A stretch of 64,000 nt of DNA from an uncultured Armatimonadetes bacterium (GTDB lineage Bacteria > Armatimonadota > UBA5829 > DTJY01). Positions 1 through 11,168 of the stretch are shown here, piece by piece. The translations under genes were made by a program, and so were the position numbers. The stretch's first letter is position 1, and each line of letters starts with the position of its first letter. The notes under the pieces were generated by a model that saw only the letters and a program-made list of their open reading frames with translations, had not been told where the DNA came from and ran no database searches. The stretch covers positions 2,784,001 through 2,848,000 of the forward strand of contig OY970325.1 in assembly GCA_963717145.1 (NCBI GenBank), given 5' to 3'.

Positions 1-2507
1 ACGTTGTTCATCCACGCCTTGTCCTGCGTCAGGTCGAAGTACTCACCGAGCGTTTGGAGGTGCCAGCCCGTGCCCATGAGCGTGTAGCCGGTCGTCAGGA
101 ATCCCTCGGGCGAGTAGCGCTTGATGAAGAAGTCGAGCGACTTGCGCATGAAATCGGTCTGGCCCATGAGGCCCATCCCCCGAACGATGGAGTTCGACTC
201 CGATTCCAGCGGACCGTATCTGTCAGACGCTATCCACGGGGCAATGCGCTTCCCCTCCTCTTCGTTCCGCGCGGCGATCAGGCAGTGGACCTGCGAAGCG
301 CGGATCACGTTCTCCAGGAGATGATCGGGCGGGACTACAAGCATCGCTGGTTCGAGCACCTTCTTCCAGTACTCGATGAAATCCATGAGCAGGTCGTTGT
401 TGGTCTTGATCTCGGCCTGCTGATCGGTCGTCAGCTCCCATGTAGGGATGAAGACCCGGCACTGCTGCGACTTGGAGTCGCACGGCTTGACAGGGTCGCC
501 GGGGAGTTGCCAGTCGATGAAGACCGTGCCGCCCTTCACTCGTGTCCCGACCGATCCAGCACCTGTCGTATCGACTACGGCAAGGAGCTTCCCCTCCATA
601 TGGACGAGGACCCGACCCTTGAGATTCGTCAGTCTGGCTTCGGTGTTCGTCGCAGCATCATAGAGGAAGGTCAGAGCGATAGAGGCATGTATGGGATCCG
701 GCGTGTTGTTCCCGGCTGAGAATATGGCGACGAGGACAGGCTTCTTGTTGATAAACGGCCACTCGCCGGACACGTCAGACTTGTCGTAGGGGGCTACGTA
801 ACAGGATGCGCCGTAGGAGACATCACCATCGCGGCGGGTCGTCATGATTCGGGGGAAAGCCCCGGCATACATACTGCGCTCCGGGTCAGTGATGTCCTTT
901 CCGCCAAAGGATGGGCTGAGGAGGCATGTCAGTTCACGGAGGTCTCCACCGGCGGGATTCGACTCCGCTCCGGGAACGGCGAACCGGATCGCGCCACTGG
1001 GATGATCGACAACGAACTTGTGGTTGTCGCAAGCGAGGCTGAGCATCGTCGGCCCGTTGTCCTGGATCGGGTTATGTGTTTTGGCCATCGCCTGCTCGAA
1101 TGTCTGATCGGGCATTCGGCGAACGCGTTCGAGGATGGTTTCCTTCCCCGCCATCTGACTCAGGTAATCGTAGACCGACGGGCCATCGGGCTCGATAGCT
1201 GCGAACAGGTAGTGATCCTGCACCCAGACAGCCTTCCTCGACAGCAGGTCATCCACCGCGATGCCGCATGCGAAGGTCTCGTCGCTGAACCGGATCACTG
1301 TGCGGTCGGACTCCCAGGAACGGGGCTCGATGTAGCGAATGCTCAAGTGGATCGGCTTCGACATATCCCACGCAAGGGAGACGCCGGATTCGGGGGAAAC
1401 GATCTCGCCATTGTACATCTCGATCCGGGCGATCCCCTTAGGCGACACATCAGCGATCTCGAGGCGGATATCGGCGGTCTTCCAGGTACGGCTGGTGAGC
1501 GCGACCGGTCTGCTGACGGTCGCGGGCGTGCCGGAGTCGGGCCAGATCCAGCGGATCTTCCACGTGCCGCGCCCGATCTCGGGGCTCGCGATGCGATCGA
1601 TCTTCATGCTCAGGCGGTTTCCGTGCTGCGCGAGCTTCCCCTCGACCGGATGCCATCCACCCTGCCAGGGGGACTCGCCGACCCACGCCTGGACATCCAC
1701 CGAATCGGACGCGGGGCTCGCGGATTCGTTCGCGAACTCGACGGCGACCTCCCGGAGGATTCGGCGTTCGAGCCACTGGAGCCCGATGCACGACCGGCCG
1801 TCCTTCGATGGGACGACATACGCCCCGTCATCGTTCGGGAGGAGATCGGTGTCGAGGAAGATGTCGTCGGCCTGGAACTCCTGGACGCGGTTCGCCTTCG
1901 AGCCGGTCATGCGCTTCGGATCGAAGGTCACGACTCGGGCAAAGGGTGCGACATCAACGAACTCCTTGGCGGCGATCGGCGTCGGATTCGCGGCGCGGAC
2001 GAGCCGAGCCTCCGCCCAGTCGGCACAGTCGCACGTGATCCCGTCGCCGGCATCGAGGGACACGAGCCGGAGTTCGCCGGCGCCGGTCAGCGGGAGGCTG
2101 ATCGGCTTGGCGGCATCCGACTCGCGCATGACTCCGCTGTCGAAGCGCTTCTCATCGTCGACGAAGACCTGGAAGACGACGCTGCCGGTGTTCGACGCCT
2201 GCTTCTGGACGCCCACCTCGGCCTCGAAGCGGTCATAGAGGCCCTCGAGGTCGATCACGATCTCGCCGGACGCGTGATGCCCAAGGCCCTTGGCGTAAGT
2301 CTTCTCGCCGATCTGCATCGGGAGCGGCGTGACTCCGGGCGCGTGGGCGCATGTGTCGATCCCGAGCGCGCCCCACCCCTGCGCGCTGTGGACGATGACG
2401 TGCGGGATGTCGCTGATGTAGTCGAAGGCGGGCTCAGCGGCGCAGTTCGGCGTACCGATCGCCATCAGAATCACTGCTGGGATGATGTTTCGTATCAGGG
2501 TAGTCAC
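1..2507 (-). CDS. Secreted NPCBM/NEW2-domain protein with probable six-hairpin glycosidase-like C-terminal region (runs off window edge)
   Basis: Absent from the ORF track because it has no stop in the window. Manual translation from GTG 2507 gives the signal-like MTTLIRNIIPAVILMAIG, then NPCBM-like KTYAKGLGHHASGEIVIDLEGLYDRFEAEVG...SVVFQVFVDDEKRFDSG...DCADWAEARL. The segments I translated share one frame down to position 1 (…FLTTGYTLMGTGWHLQTLGEYFDLTQDKAWM). Confidence 0.75.
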   Translation of the reverse strand, partial: MTTLIRNIIPAVILMAIGTPNCAAEPAFDYISDIPHVIVHSAQGWGALGIDTCAHAPGVTPLPMQIGEKTYAKGLGHHASGEIVIDLEGLYDRFEAEVGVQKQASNTGSVVFQVFVDDEKRFDSGVMRESDAAKPISLPLTGAGELRLVSLDAGDGITCDCADWAEARLVRAANPTPIAAKEFVDVAPFARVVTFDPKRMTGSKANRVQEFQADDIFLDTDLLPNDDGAYVVPSKDGRSCIGLQWLERRILREVAVEFANESASPASDSVDVQAWVGESPWQGGWHPVEGKLAQHGNRLSMKIDRIASPEIGRGTWKIRWIWPDSGTPATVSRPVALTSRTWKTADIRLEIADVSPKGIARIEMYNGEIVSPESGVSLAWDMSKPIHLSIRYIEPRSWESDRTVIRFSDETFACGIAVDDLLSRKAVWVQDHYLFAAIEPDGPSVYDYLSQMAGKETILERVRRMPDQTFEQAMAKTHNPIQDNGPTMLSLACDNHKFVVDHPSGAIRFAVPGAESNPAGGDLRELTCLLSPSFGGKDITDPERSMYAGAFPRIMTTRRDGDVSYGASCYVAPYDKSDVSGEWPFINKKPVLVAIFSAGNNTPDPIHASIALTFLYDAATNTEARLTNLKGRVLVHMEGKLLAVVDTTGAGSVGTRVKGGTVFIDWQLPGDPVKPCDSKSQQCRVFIPTWELTTDQQAEIKTNNDLLMDFIEYWKKVLEPAMLVVPPDHLLENVIRASQVHCLIAARNEEEGKRIAPWIASDRYGPLESESNSIVRGMGLMGQTDFMRKSLDFFIKRYSPEGFLTTGYTLMGTGWHLQTLGEYFDLTQDKAWMNN

Positions 2508-2527
2508 GTGGAACCAACCTTTCCGGC

Positions 2528-4799
2528 TCACTCCGCCTTCAAGATCGCACAGCCGAACACGCCGCCGGCGAATTGCCCTTCATGGGCCTGGAACTTCACC
2601 GTTATCCTGTCGCGATCCTTGACCAGATCAGCGGCCAGCGGGTACTCGACGTCATAGAATTCGTTCGGCTTGTTTATGTTGAGCGTCTCGGTCGCGATGA
2701 CACGGTCATTGACGAGAACGTCGAAGGTCCGGCCTCCCGTGTCGCTGCCCCAGTACGTGCAGCATAGGGCAAGCGGTCCCGGCGCGACCTTGAACTCCCA
2801 CGACCACCATCCGCCGGTAACCGCATGTCGCCAGGGATGATTGTTGTACACGCCGGTCGCGGTCTGCTCGCCCTTGAACGCATGGGCGGCCTCGGATGCC
2901 TGATCGCCGGGGATGACCCGGTCGATCGTTCGCGCGAGACGGGCCTTCTCCGCCTCCTGCCTCGCGAGCAACTGCTTGTGTCGGGGGCCGCCGGGCTGCG
3001 TTACTACCCAGTAGACGCCGTACCGCTCGCGCACGATGCGGTTCAGCGGCACGAACGTCAGGTCGGTGGGCTGACCGACGGTTCGGAACGTGAGCGGCTT
3101 CCCCTCGACCGGCTTCATCCACGATCCGATGTCCTCCGGGTCGCCAAGGAAGAAGCAGTCATCCTGCTCGGCCAGGACTCCGGCGAGCACGAGCGGCCCA
3201 TACATGATCGCCATCAACTCCGGGTCATCAGGCATCGGAGCGACATGGAGGGCCATAGGCATCCCAACCTCGAGCTTGTCGCCATCTTTCCAGGTCCGCT
3301 CGACGGAGGCGAATGACCCCGGCCTGGCGGATACACTCACCGCCTCGCCGTTCACCTTCGCCTCCATGCCCTGAGTCGCCCAGTACGGCACATGGATCCG
3401 GATCGCGAGCTTCACAGGATGGCCGCAGTGGACCGTCAGCACGGTCGAATCTTCCTCGGGGAACCGTGTGATCTGCTCCAGACGGACACCCTTCTCGGTC
3501 CAGTCCAGAGTCGAGCTGACGAGGAGGTTGACGTAGACCGCCCGATCGTCGCGGAAGTAGATGCTGTCACCGAGCTTGCCGAACGACTCGACGCCGGTCC
3601 CGTAGCAGCACCAGAAAGTGTCAGTCGGAGTACCGAAGACCTTGGTCGATCCCGTCGCCAGCGGCACATAGTACATCAGCATGCCGGTATCCGGCTCCTG
3701 CGTGCCGACGATGCCGTTGAACCACGCGCGCTCGTAGTAATCGGCGTACCTGGGATCGCCGGTCCAGCGGAACAGGTAGCGGGTGAGCTTCAGCATGTTG
3801 TGCGTCTTGCAGCACTCCTGGTTGTTGTTCGACAGTGTGCCGGCGAGTTGGTTCGGCTCGGGCCAGACCTCGGCCATGGTCGTTCCGCCGGTGGCATAGG
3901 TCCGCGTGTTAACGATCCGGTCCCAGAAGTACGTCGCTGCTTTGCGATACCGCTCGTCGCCTGCGAGTTCATAGTGCCGGGCGGCCGCCGTTCACGATCG
4001 GGATGTGCGTATTGCCGTGTATGTGACTGAGATTGTCATGCTCCAGGGCAAGCGGTCCGAGGAACGCCGCGCTGTCGAATGTATGGGCGAGCGTGAGGTG
4101 GGCCGGATCCTTTGTCACCGCGTAGAGATTGTGCAGGACCTCCGACATGCCGCCGTATTCCACGGTGAGGATCCTGTCGATCTGATACACCGAGAGCTTG
4201 TCCATCCGCTTGCCGAAGTACGCGGCCATCCCCTTCAGGACTTCGAGCGCCTGCTCGTTCCCGCAGAGGTCGTACATGTCATAGAGACCGGCCATGATCT
4301 TGTGGATCGTGTAGTACGCGGCCCAGGGGACGTTCTGCATCGACTCCAGCCGGTCCCAGAAGCTCTCAGGATAGGCCGACAGGTACTCGCCGCCGAGCGC
4401 CTTCTGGCACTTCGCGAGTTCGGCGACCAGGGTATCGGCCTTGTCCTTGATTCGCGCGTCACCCGTGCTCGCGTACATGAGGGCACATGCGGAGAGGTAG
4501 TGGCCGGTGAAGTGCCCACGCACCTCGATCGTCGGAGCCTCCCATCCGCCGAGCGGCTCTCCCGGCGCGGGAAGGCCGGCATTTGCGCGGAAGTTGTACA
4601 GGAGGCGGTCGTTCTCCAGCGAGATAAGGTATCGCCGGTTCGCCTCCTGAGCGTCCTTACACTGACCATCGAGCAGGCGGACCTGCGTCAGGTCAAACGG
4701 CTGCAGGGTCATCTTCACGACCGCCTCCTTCGAGTGTGCCGTGCTGAGCAACAACAGGATGAGAATCGAACAGACTACCAGTTTCAACTGATCTCCCAT
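2528..4799 (-). CDS. GH127-family beta-L-arabinofuranosidase-like protein, one frameshift near 3986
   Basis: Two ORF halves carry GH127 motifs: LGGWE..EVRGHFTGHYLSA, EYGGM, HGNTHIP, QECCKTHNMLKLT, FWCCYGTGVE. Removing one G at ~3986 gives IVNG-AARHYELAGDERYR. Signal peptide follows ATG 4799. Confidence 0.85.
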
Positions 4800-4805
4800 G
4801 ACGTT

Positions 4806-4953
4806 CGGGCTGGAGTCGCACTCCAGCCCGGGTAACTGATTGCGGAGTTGTACTCTGCCTGACCTGGCGGTGGGAGTACAACTCCCCATCTAGTCTAGCG
4901 TACCGGAGTACAACTCCGGTACGAACGGAGGAGTACAACTCCGGTACGAACGG
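4806..4953. repeat. Cluster of five short hairpins with GGAGT-N3-ACTCC core (REP-like family A)
   Basis: Seen directly: cgggctggagtcgcactccagcccg, gcggagttgtactctgc, tgggagtacaactcccca, cgtaccggagtacaactccggtacg, ggagtacaactcc. Confidence 0.85.
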
Positions 4954-4966
4954 CGCGCGGGTGAAG

Positions 4967-6024
4967 CTACACGCCCTTGAGCAGCTTGATGTACTGCCGC
5001 GCGACCTTGAGGTCCTCGAGCGCCTCGGGGGCGTCGCAGAGCGGCTTGATCTCGCCCTTGATCGCCGCCACGAAGTTCATCGCCTGCTGCCTCATCGCAT
5101 GGACCCACGGGAGCATCGGCACGATCACCTGCGGGGTAGCGCCACTTGCCCGGGTCGCGCAGGATCTCGACCGCGCCCGGCCGGTTCGATGCCAGCGGAG
5201 CGGGCAGTTCGAGCTTGATGTAGCCGTGCTCGAATGCGATCAGCGCCGACTCCTGCCAGTCGATCGTCGTGCGTGTACGGCGACATCTCGATCGTTCCCG
5301 CCACGCCGCTGTCGCTCTGGACCGCCAGCATCACGCCGGTCGGATCGGCATAGGTCACATGATACCGCTCGCCGAGCAGGTGCGCGCATCAGGTTGACCT
5401 GGTGGATGTAGTAGTTGACGAACGCGATGTAGGCCTCGTAGGTCTCCTCGTCCATGTCCGTCGCGGGCGGATCCCACTTGAAGCGCGGGAGCGGCCTCGT
5501 CGGTGCTGATGTGGCCGCAGAACCCGCTGCGCGACCCAGTCGCCGGCGGGCATCAGGATGCGGACGTACCGCAGCTTGCCCAGTTCGCCGGATTCCTTCA
5601 GCCGGTCGATCTCGGCTCTCGCATACATCGTCGCCGGGTCGCTCCTCTTGTGATAGCCGACCATGTGCCACGAGCCGCCGGCCTTGAGCGCCTTGAGGAT
5701 CTTCTCGCCGGCCTCGATCGAGCCCGCGAGCGGCTTCTCGGTGAAGATCGGAATCCCCGCCTTCGCCAGCTCGGGGATCAGCACTCCGTGCCGCGTGAAC
5801 GGCTGGGACGCCACGATGCCGTCGAGCTTCTCGTTCGCGAGCATCTCCTCGTGGTTCTTGTAGACCCTCGGGATGCCGTACCTCGCAGCGACCAGCTTCC
5901 CCTGCTGCTCCTTGACCTCCGCGAGCGCGACAACCTCGCACTCCGGGACCGTCACGTAGTTCCTGAGATGCGCGCACTGGCCCATCCCGCCAACTCCAAC
6001 AAAACCGATGCGTACTTTATCCAT
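4967..6024 (-). CDS. Gfo/Idh/MocA-family oxidoreductase with several frameshifts (sequencing error or pseudogene)
   Basis: N-terminal Rossmann motif RIGFVGVGGMG, IFTEKPLA, MVGYHKR. The remainder (NYYIHQVNLMR..; EALEDLKVARQYIKLLKGV*) is spread over several frames; stop TAG at 4967-4969. Confidence 0.8.
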
Positions 6025-6034
6025 GTTATCTCCT

Positions 6035-6138
6035 GTGGAGTGCGGAAGCGGAGTCTGCGGAGCTTCCGCCTTGGATTTGGGAGCGAGGCTCCATGCGAGC
6101 CCAAGCGGAAGCCCCGCAGACTCCGCTTCCGCACTCCA
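6035..6138. repeat. Long inverted repeat (REP-like family F)
   Basis: tggagtgcggaagcggagtctgcgg ... ccgcagactccgcttccgcactcca. Confidence 0.8.
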
Positions 6139-6233
6139 AAACTATGCTTTCGCCTGCCCGCCTGGAAATCCTTCCGCTTTGATAAGCAGCCATCGTTCGG
6201 GAGGGAGTTGGGCTCCCTCCCGAACGGTAAGAG

Positions 6234-6270
6234 TTCCGACACTTGCATTCCGTCGGAAATACGGTATAAT
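6234..6270 (+). promoter_or_regulatory. Sigma70-type promoter with a flanking inverted repeat (putative TA operator)
   Basis: TTGCAT (6243-6248), 16 nt, TATAAT (6265-6270). TTCCGAC...GTCGGAA inverted repeat brackets the -35 box. Confidence 0.65.
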
Positions 6271-6290
6271 GTTTACATGGAGGTGAAAGG

Positions 6291-6980
6291 ATGACAACGG
6301 TGAGAGTTTCCGACAAGGGGCAGGTGACACTGCCGGCGAAATCCAGAAAACGGTACGCGGTCAAACCAAGGTCCAGAATGGAAGTTATCGAGACGGAAGA
6401 AGGAATCCTCCTGAAGCCGGAACCTAGTATCCTGGATGCTTACGGTGCGCTTCACAAGTATGCCAGGGGCGATGCTGAAGACTGGGAGAGAGTGCGGACC
6501 GAGATGGAAAAGGCAGTCGCGGAAGAGGTCGAGAGCGGTCTGGAAGCGAGGTCGATAATGCCTGGAGACGCTGAATATTATCAACTGGATGCCAACATCA
6601 TCCTTCGGTACGTACTCCGGGACCATGACGAGCTTTCTCCCAAGGCGCGTGATATCCTGCAGGCGGCGGAAGAGGGAAGGATCGTCCTCCATTGCGATCC
6701 CGTTATCATGTCGGAAGCAGCGTTCGTCCTCTCCTCAACCTACCGTGTAACTCGCGGAGAGGTTGCCGAAATTCTGGAACGTGTACTCAAGCTGGAGAGC
6801 GTCGTCGTGCCTAACAAACAGCGCTATCTGCTTGCGCTCAAGATCTATGCCGAGACGAATGCCCATTTCGGCGATGCGTGCGCGTGTGCGGCGGCCATCG
6901 AGGACTGCGAGGGGCGTCTGTTCTCCTTCGACCGCACGCTCTCCAAGATAGAAGGCATCCACCGGTCGGAGACCGTCTAA
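6291..6980 (+). CDS. AbrB/SpoVT antitoxin and PIN (VapC-like) toxin in one reading frame
   Basis: N-terminal VSDKGQVTLP (AbrB). From internal ATG ~6558: LDANIILRY ... HFGDACA ... LFSFDRTL (PIN acidic motifs). Confidence 0.85.
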   Translation: MTTVRVSDKGQVTLPAKSRKRYAVKPRSRMEVIETEEGILLKPEPSILDAYGALHKYARGDAEDWERVRTEMEKAVAEEVESGLEARSIMPGDAEYYQLDANIILRYVLRDHDELSPKARDILQAAEEGRIVLHCDPVIMSEAAFVLSSTYRVTRGEVAEILERVLKLESVVVPNKQRYLLALKIYAETNAHFGDACACAAAIEDCEGRLFSFDRTLSKIEGIHRSETV

Positions 6981-7032
6981 GCATGTCAGCCGCAGTGAGA
7001 CCGGGAGGCCCCATGTGTCTCAGTGGCGCCGA

Positions 7033-8462
7033 TCAGTCCGTCTTCGCCGTTGCCAGCTTCCCGAACCGATTCGCGATCGCGAGCGCCGGATCGACGGGAA
7101 CCTCCGCCGGCACGATGTCCTTCGGGATCTCGATGATCGGGAGCGCCTTAAGTTCCTTGCCCGCGAACTGCGGCAGCCACTTCGCCTCGGCCTGCGAACA
7201 TCTCCCGCGCCATCTCCCGCGCCTCGTGGAGCGTGCAGACCGCCGCCGTCAGCGGATCGAGCGCGACCGCCTGCAGTCGCGAGCTCCGGGTTGCCGGTCA
7301 ATGCCGCCTCGACGGCAAGCTGCTGCACGGTGACGTTGGTCATGTTCAGCGCCGCGCATTGTGGCGGCAGGTCGCCGACCACCGTCGGGTGAAGGCCCAT
7401 GCGGTCGACGAAGATCGGCACCTCGACGCAGCAGCCCTCGGCAGGTTCGTGATGAAGCCGTCGTTGCGGACGTTGCCGTTGAGCCGGAAGATGTTGCCGG
7501 TCTCCATCGCTTCGAGGATGTACGAGCAGTACTCGGCGCTGCGCGGGTCGAGCTTCTTCGACTCGATGCTCAGCGGATCGGTGTTCTTGAACTTCTCCGC
7601 GAGCATGCGGCAGTACTTGTAGTAGGCGCCGGACGCGCCGCCGAAGTCCGGCTGGTCGCAGTAGAGGTCGAGCGCCTTCTGGTTCTTGCGGAACCAGGGC
7701 ACGTACTCGGAGAGGTGCCCGGTGCTCTCGGTCATGAAGTAGCCGAAGTGCCGGAAGACCTCGCCGCGGACCTTCTCGTTGATGTAGTACTCGGGCTTCT
7801 CGAACTTCTCGCGCAGGATCGGGTAGAGGTCCTTGCCGTCCTTCTCCAGCCGCAGGAACCACGCCATGTGGTTGATGCCGGCGCAGAGGTAGTCGATCTC
7901 ATCCTTCGGCACGCCGACGTACCCGGCGATCAGGTCCATCGTCGTCTGCACGCCGTGGCAGAGTCCGACGAACTGCAGGCCCGGCACCGTCCCGAGCGCC
8001 CAGCAGTTCGCCGCCATCGGGTTGGCGTAGTTGAGCATGAGCGCGTTCGGGCACAGCTCCTTCATGTCGTTGGCGATGTCCACCAGGACCGGGATCGTCC
8101 TCAGCGCCCGGAAGATGCCGCCCGGGCCGAGCGAGTCGCCGATGCACTGGTCGACGCCGTACTTCAGCGGGATCTCGTAGTCGGCCTGGAACGCGTCCAC
8201 CCCGCCGATCTGGATCATGATGACGACGTAGTCCGCGCCGTCGAGCGCCTGCCGACGGTCGGTCGTCGCCGAGACCTTCGCCGGCAGGTTGTTCTCCCGG
8301 ACGACGTCCTTGGCGAACGCCTCCATCTTGCGGAGCTTGGTCTCCGTCGGGTTCATCAGGACGAACTCGCTCGTCCTGCAGAGCCGGCGTCGCCATGATG
8401 TCCATCATCAGCGTCTTGCAGAATATGACGCTCCCCGCGCCGATCATTGCGATTCTTGGCAT
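7033..8462 (-). CDS. melA: GH4 alpha-galactosidase/alpha-glucosidase with several frameshifts
   Basis: IAMIGAGS, QCIGDSLGPGGIFRALRT, LNYANP, VGLCHG, AGINHMAW, TESTGHLSEYVPWF. Frame changes at about 8375, 7440 and 7200-7260. Confidence 0.8.
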
Positions 8463-8543
8463 CTCTATCCTCCATTCAGATGGCTGTGCTGTATCACGCC
8501 CGATTATCTGAGCTCGCCTTACCTCACGGCTCGTCAATGCATT

Positions 8544-9173
8544 CTACAGGGGTCGGTTTTCACTGCGACCATTCCGAGCGATCCACGTCAGGTACTCTAC
8601 CCCTAGATTGGTTATATGGTACTTGTCAGCCTCCACGGTCACGAGTGCTCTGTTACAAAGAAAAGTCATATACTCATCGAGGGACCAGTTCGCAAATTCG
8701 TCCTCAAACCTCTCTTTTATACTCTCGAAGTAGGTGGTGACGTGATCGCAGGCTTCCCCTTGCCCAACAACCTCATTCAGACGCTTAAGTAGGTAGATCT
8801 GAGTTCCGAAAATGAGATTATGAATCTGTTCGAACTCCAATAGGATCCGCGCCGCTCCCAAGTACTTGATCAGCACCTTGGCCGTGTCCGTGTCGGTTTC
8901 AAGGTCCCGTTCGTCCAAGTCGGATCTTATTCGGCCTTCGATATCTCGCAGGACGATTGAGTCACCGACGGCAAGCAGCAATTCCTGCACTGCTTCTGTT
9001 TTCCGTTTCTCTCTCTGAGCTTCAGGTGCGGGCACGGCCTTAACACCGCTCTTGTCGATTGACGTGATTCGGGATATTAAGGCCGCCAACGGGCCCCTGA
9101 ACAAAAAAACGAACACCAGCGCGAAAAGAAACGCGAAGTGCGGGTAACCCAACGCCGTTAGTATCTCTTCCAT
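8544..9173 (-). CDS. Hypothetical protein with N-terminal TM helix and possible C-terminal winged helix; lower GC
   Basis: ORF with hydrophobic N-terminus; C-terminal YHITNLGVEYLTW is wHTH-wing-like. Confidence 0.65.
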   Translation of the reverse strand: MEEILTALGYPHFAFLFALVFVFLFRGPLAALISRITSIDKSGVKAVPAPEAQREKRKTEAVQELLLAVGDSIVLRDIEGRIRSDLDERDLETDTDTAKVLIKYLGAARILLEFEQIHNLIFGTQIYLLKRLNEVVGQGEACDHVTTYFESIKERFEDEFANWSLDEYMTFLCNRALVTVEADKYHITNLGVEYLTWIARNGRSENRPL

Positions 9174-9256
9174 ACGCACACCTGCTCTTCCCTATGGAGT
9201 CAACCAAGGACTGTCTTGCCGTTCTCTTCTTGTGCTTCTTCCTACCATCAAGACAC

Positions 9257-9769
9257 CTAGCCTTTGGACAGCCCCCACCATAGAATTGGAAGGGCGGCCC
9301 ACTGCATAATGCTGCTGAACAGGCGAAATCCACTCGCCATGCTCATTGCGCTAGCCAGTCTGGCCTCCGCAGAGTATGAAAGGCCTGTACGGAGTTCGAA
9401 CAGGAGAGAGGGCAGCCTCGCCAGTATTATGGCAAACGCGGCGAACGCAACAGTGAGATTCCACCACCGCACCAGAAGGCAGAAGTATCCGATAGAGAGT
9501 AGCGCCCATACGGCGGTCATCACCGTGTCACAGCGCCGAAGTCGACGCGCTTCGCCCCGCTCATACTCGTCCTCGAAGTCATCCTCAAGCGGGAGTCCTT
9601 GGTGTGCCAGCCCTCGAACGACGTAGCTGAGCAGGTTCGTTCCAAGATAGGTGAGGATCACCCATAGGATGATCGCGCTCAATGGCGCAGGAATGCTCGC
9701 GTCGCGCATGAAGAACATACAGATCGCAACTGCAGCGAGCTTCAATATCGACGGCACCGGTTCAATCAT
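9257..9769 (-). CDS. Hypothetical multi-pass membrane protein
   Basis: 170-aa ORF with several hydrophobic segments. Confidence 0.6.
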   Translation of the reverse strand: MIEPVPSILKLAAVAICMFFMRDASIPAPLSAIILWVILTYLGTNLLSYVVRGLAHQGLPLEDDFEDEYERGEARRLRRCDTVMTAVWALLSIGYFCLLVRWWNLTVAFAAFAIILARLPSLLFELRTGLSYSAEARLASAMSMASGFRLFSSIMQWAALPILWWGLSKG

Positions 9770-9905
9770 GATCCCATCCCTTGCACGTTACCCTATTCGA
9801 GGGCAGTCCTTCTCTTGCCAATCCTCGAGCGACGCACCCGATCAGATTCGTACCAACCAAGGCGAGTATCGCCCAACCGATCACGGCCTTCAGGACGGTG
9901 ATCAT
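9762..9905 (-). pseudogene. 47-aa fragment paralogous to part of the 9257-9769 protein
   Basis: MITVLKAVIGWAILALVGTNLIGCVARGLAREGLP aligns by eye with AIILWVILTYLGTNLLSYVVRGLAHQGLP. Confidence 0.55.
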
Positions 9906-10010
9906 GGTACACCTGCACTACTCCACCAGCTCATCTTTCCTATCTACTATTTCCTTCGCCGCAGCGGCAAGGCGGTCTACACGCCGTGCGCCCTCCCAAG
10001 AGTGTGTGGC

Positions 10011-11129
10011 TCAGAGATCCGGGTTGGAGTTGACCTGGACTCTGATCTCGCCATCCCACACCAGCTTGCCGAAGAGCTTCTCAGGTTCCGGCCTAGCCAT
10101 ATGCATGTCGCCGCCTATCTCGTAATATCTGTCGAGGGTCCCACGCGGCGTTACGACATAGTGAAGGGCGTGCGACGCGCCGCATAGGCCTTTCGGCAGT
10201 TTGTGCTTGGGCACGTATGTGACAAGCAACTCCTCTTCCTGAATGGTCTCCAGCAAGCGCGGCTCATCGAAAACACTTGCTGCCAAAGAGAAGTCATCGC
10301 GGTGCACGATAGGCAGCCGCACGGATTGGTTCAGGATCGGCGATTCGACAAGCAGGTAACCGTAGGGCTCAAATCTACTCGCGGGGTTTACCCTATTCCC
10401 TGGGCCGACTGTGGTTCCAGCCCTATCGAAATCCAGAACGCGGAAGACATGGCCCACTATGTATGTCCACTCGATGTGGCGGCCAATCTCTGGTGTCATG
10501 ACGCCGGCCGATATCAACTGGTTGTCGGCTGCACGTTGGAAATTTCTCATGCGCAGGAAGAGGTGCGCGTAAGGGAACAGGTAAGTGAGTGCGCCGAGGA
10601 GCAGCACACTCCCACCAACCCACACGCCAAGCCAACCATGTCCCAGCAAACCGACCACCAATCCAACGAATGCTGTCGCTACCCCGAATGTGCCAACCAG
10701 AACACCCAGGGTGATGATGCCCCGCCACCAGTCCTCCAGGATAGTTCCAGTCGCCAGCATCGGCGCAATGATCATGAAAGCATAAAGGGCTCCGAGCAAC
10801 TGCGCGATCGGCTGCAGCACTCTCTCTCCTGTCGAGAGCATCGCAAACTCTTGAATCTGTGTTAGGAAGGAGAGCGCAACTACCACCACGGCCAAGAGGG
10901 CAGCCAGCGAGGCGGCTACAACCATGACTTCCCGACGTCTCGATGGTGCGATCACTCCCGCTGAGCCGACAGATGCAAAGGTGCCGAGGAACGCACTGGC
11001 CGTGTCCATAGTCCCTTGCCCAAACACCACGGTTATTACGCCACCCAGCAGACTGCCAACCATGCCCATTAGGATTGCGCCAGGTATGACCAATATCCAT
11101 CTTAGCAGTTGCATGCCATATTCCCTCAC
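10011..11129 (-). CDS. Hypothetical membrane protein (about 6 TM) with soluble C-terminal domain
   Basis: 372-aa ORF; hydrophobic N-terminal half, polar C-terminal half. Start could be ATG 11114. Confidence 0.6.
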   Translation of the reverse strand: MREYGMQLLRWILVIPGAILMGMVGSLLGGVITVVFGQGTMDTASAFLGTFASVGSAGVIAPSRRREVMVVAASLAALLAVVVVALSFLTQIQEFAMLSTGERVLQPIAQLLGALYAFMIIAPMLATGTILEDWWRGIITLGVLVGTFGVATAFVGLVVGLLGHGWLGVWVGGSVLLLGALTYLFPYAHLFLRMRNFQRAADNQLISAGVMTPEIGRHIEWTYIVGHVFRVLDFDRAGTTVGPGNRVNPASRFEPYGYLLVESPILNQSVRLPIVHRDDFSLAASVFDEPRLLETIQEEELLVTYVPKHKLPKGLCGASHALHYVVTPRGTLDRYYEIGGDMHMARPEPEKLFGKLVWDGEIRVQVNSNPDL

Positions 11130-11168
11130 GGTTCCAGGAATGAACGAACGAGCCGTTCCACCACTGCG

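Noticed and set aside
54-2657. + strand ORFs of 221, 551 and 299 aa
   Set aside because: Antisense shadows of the minus-strand NPCBM gene.
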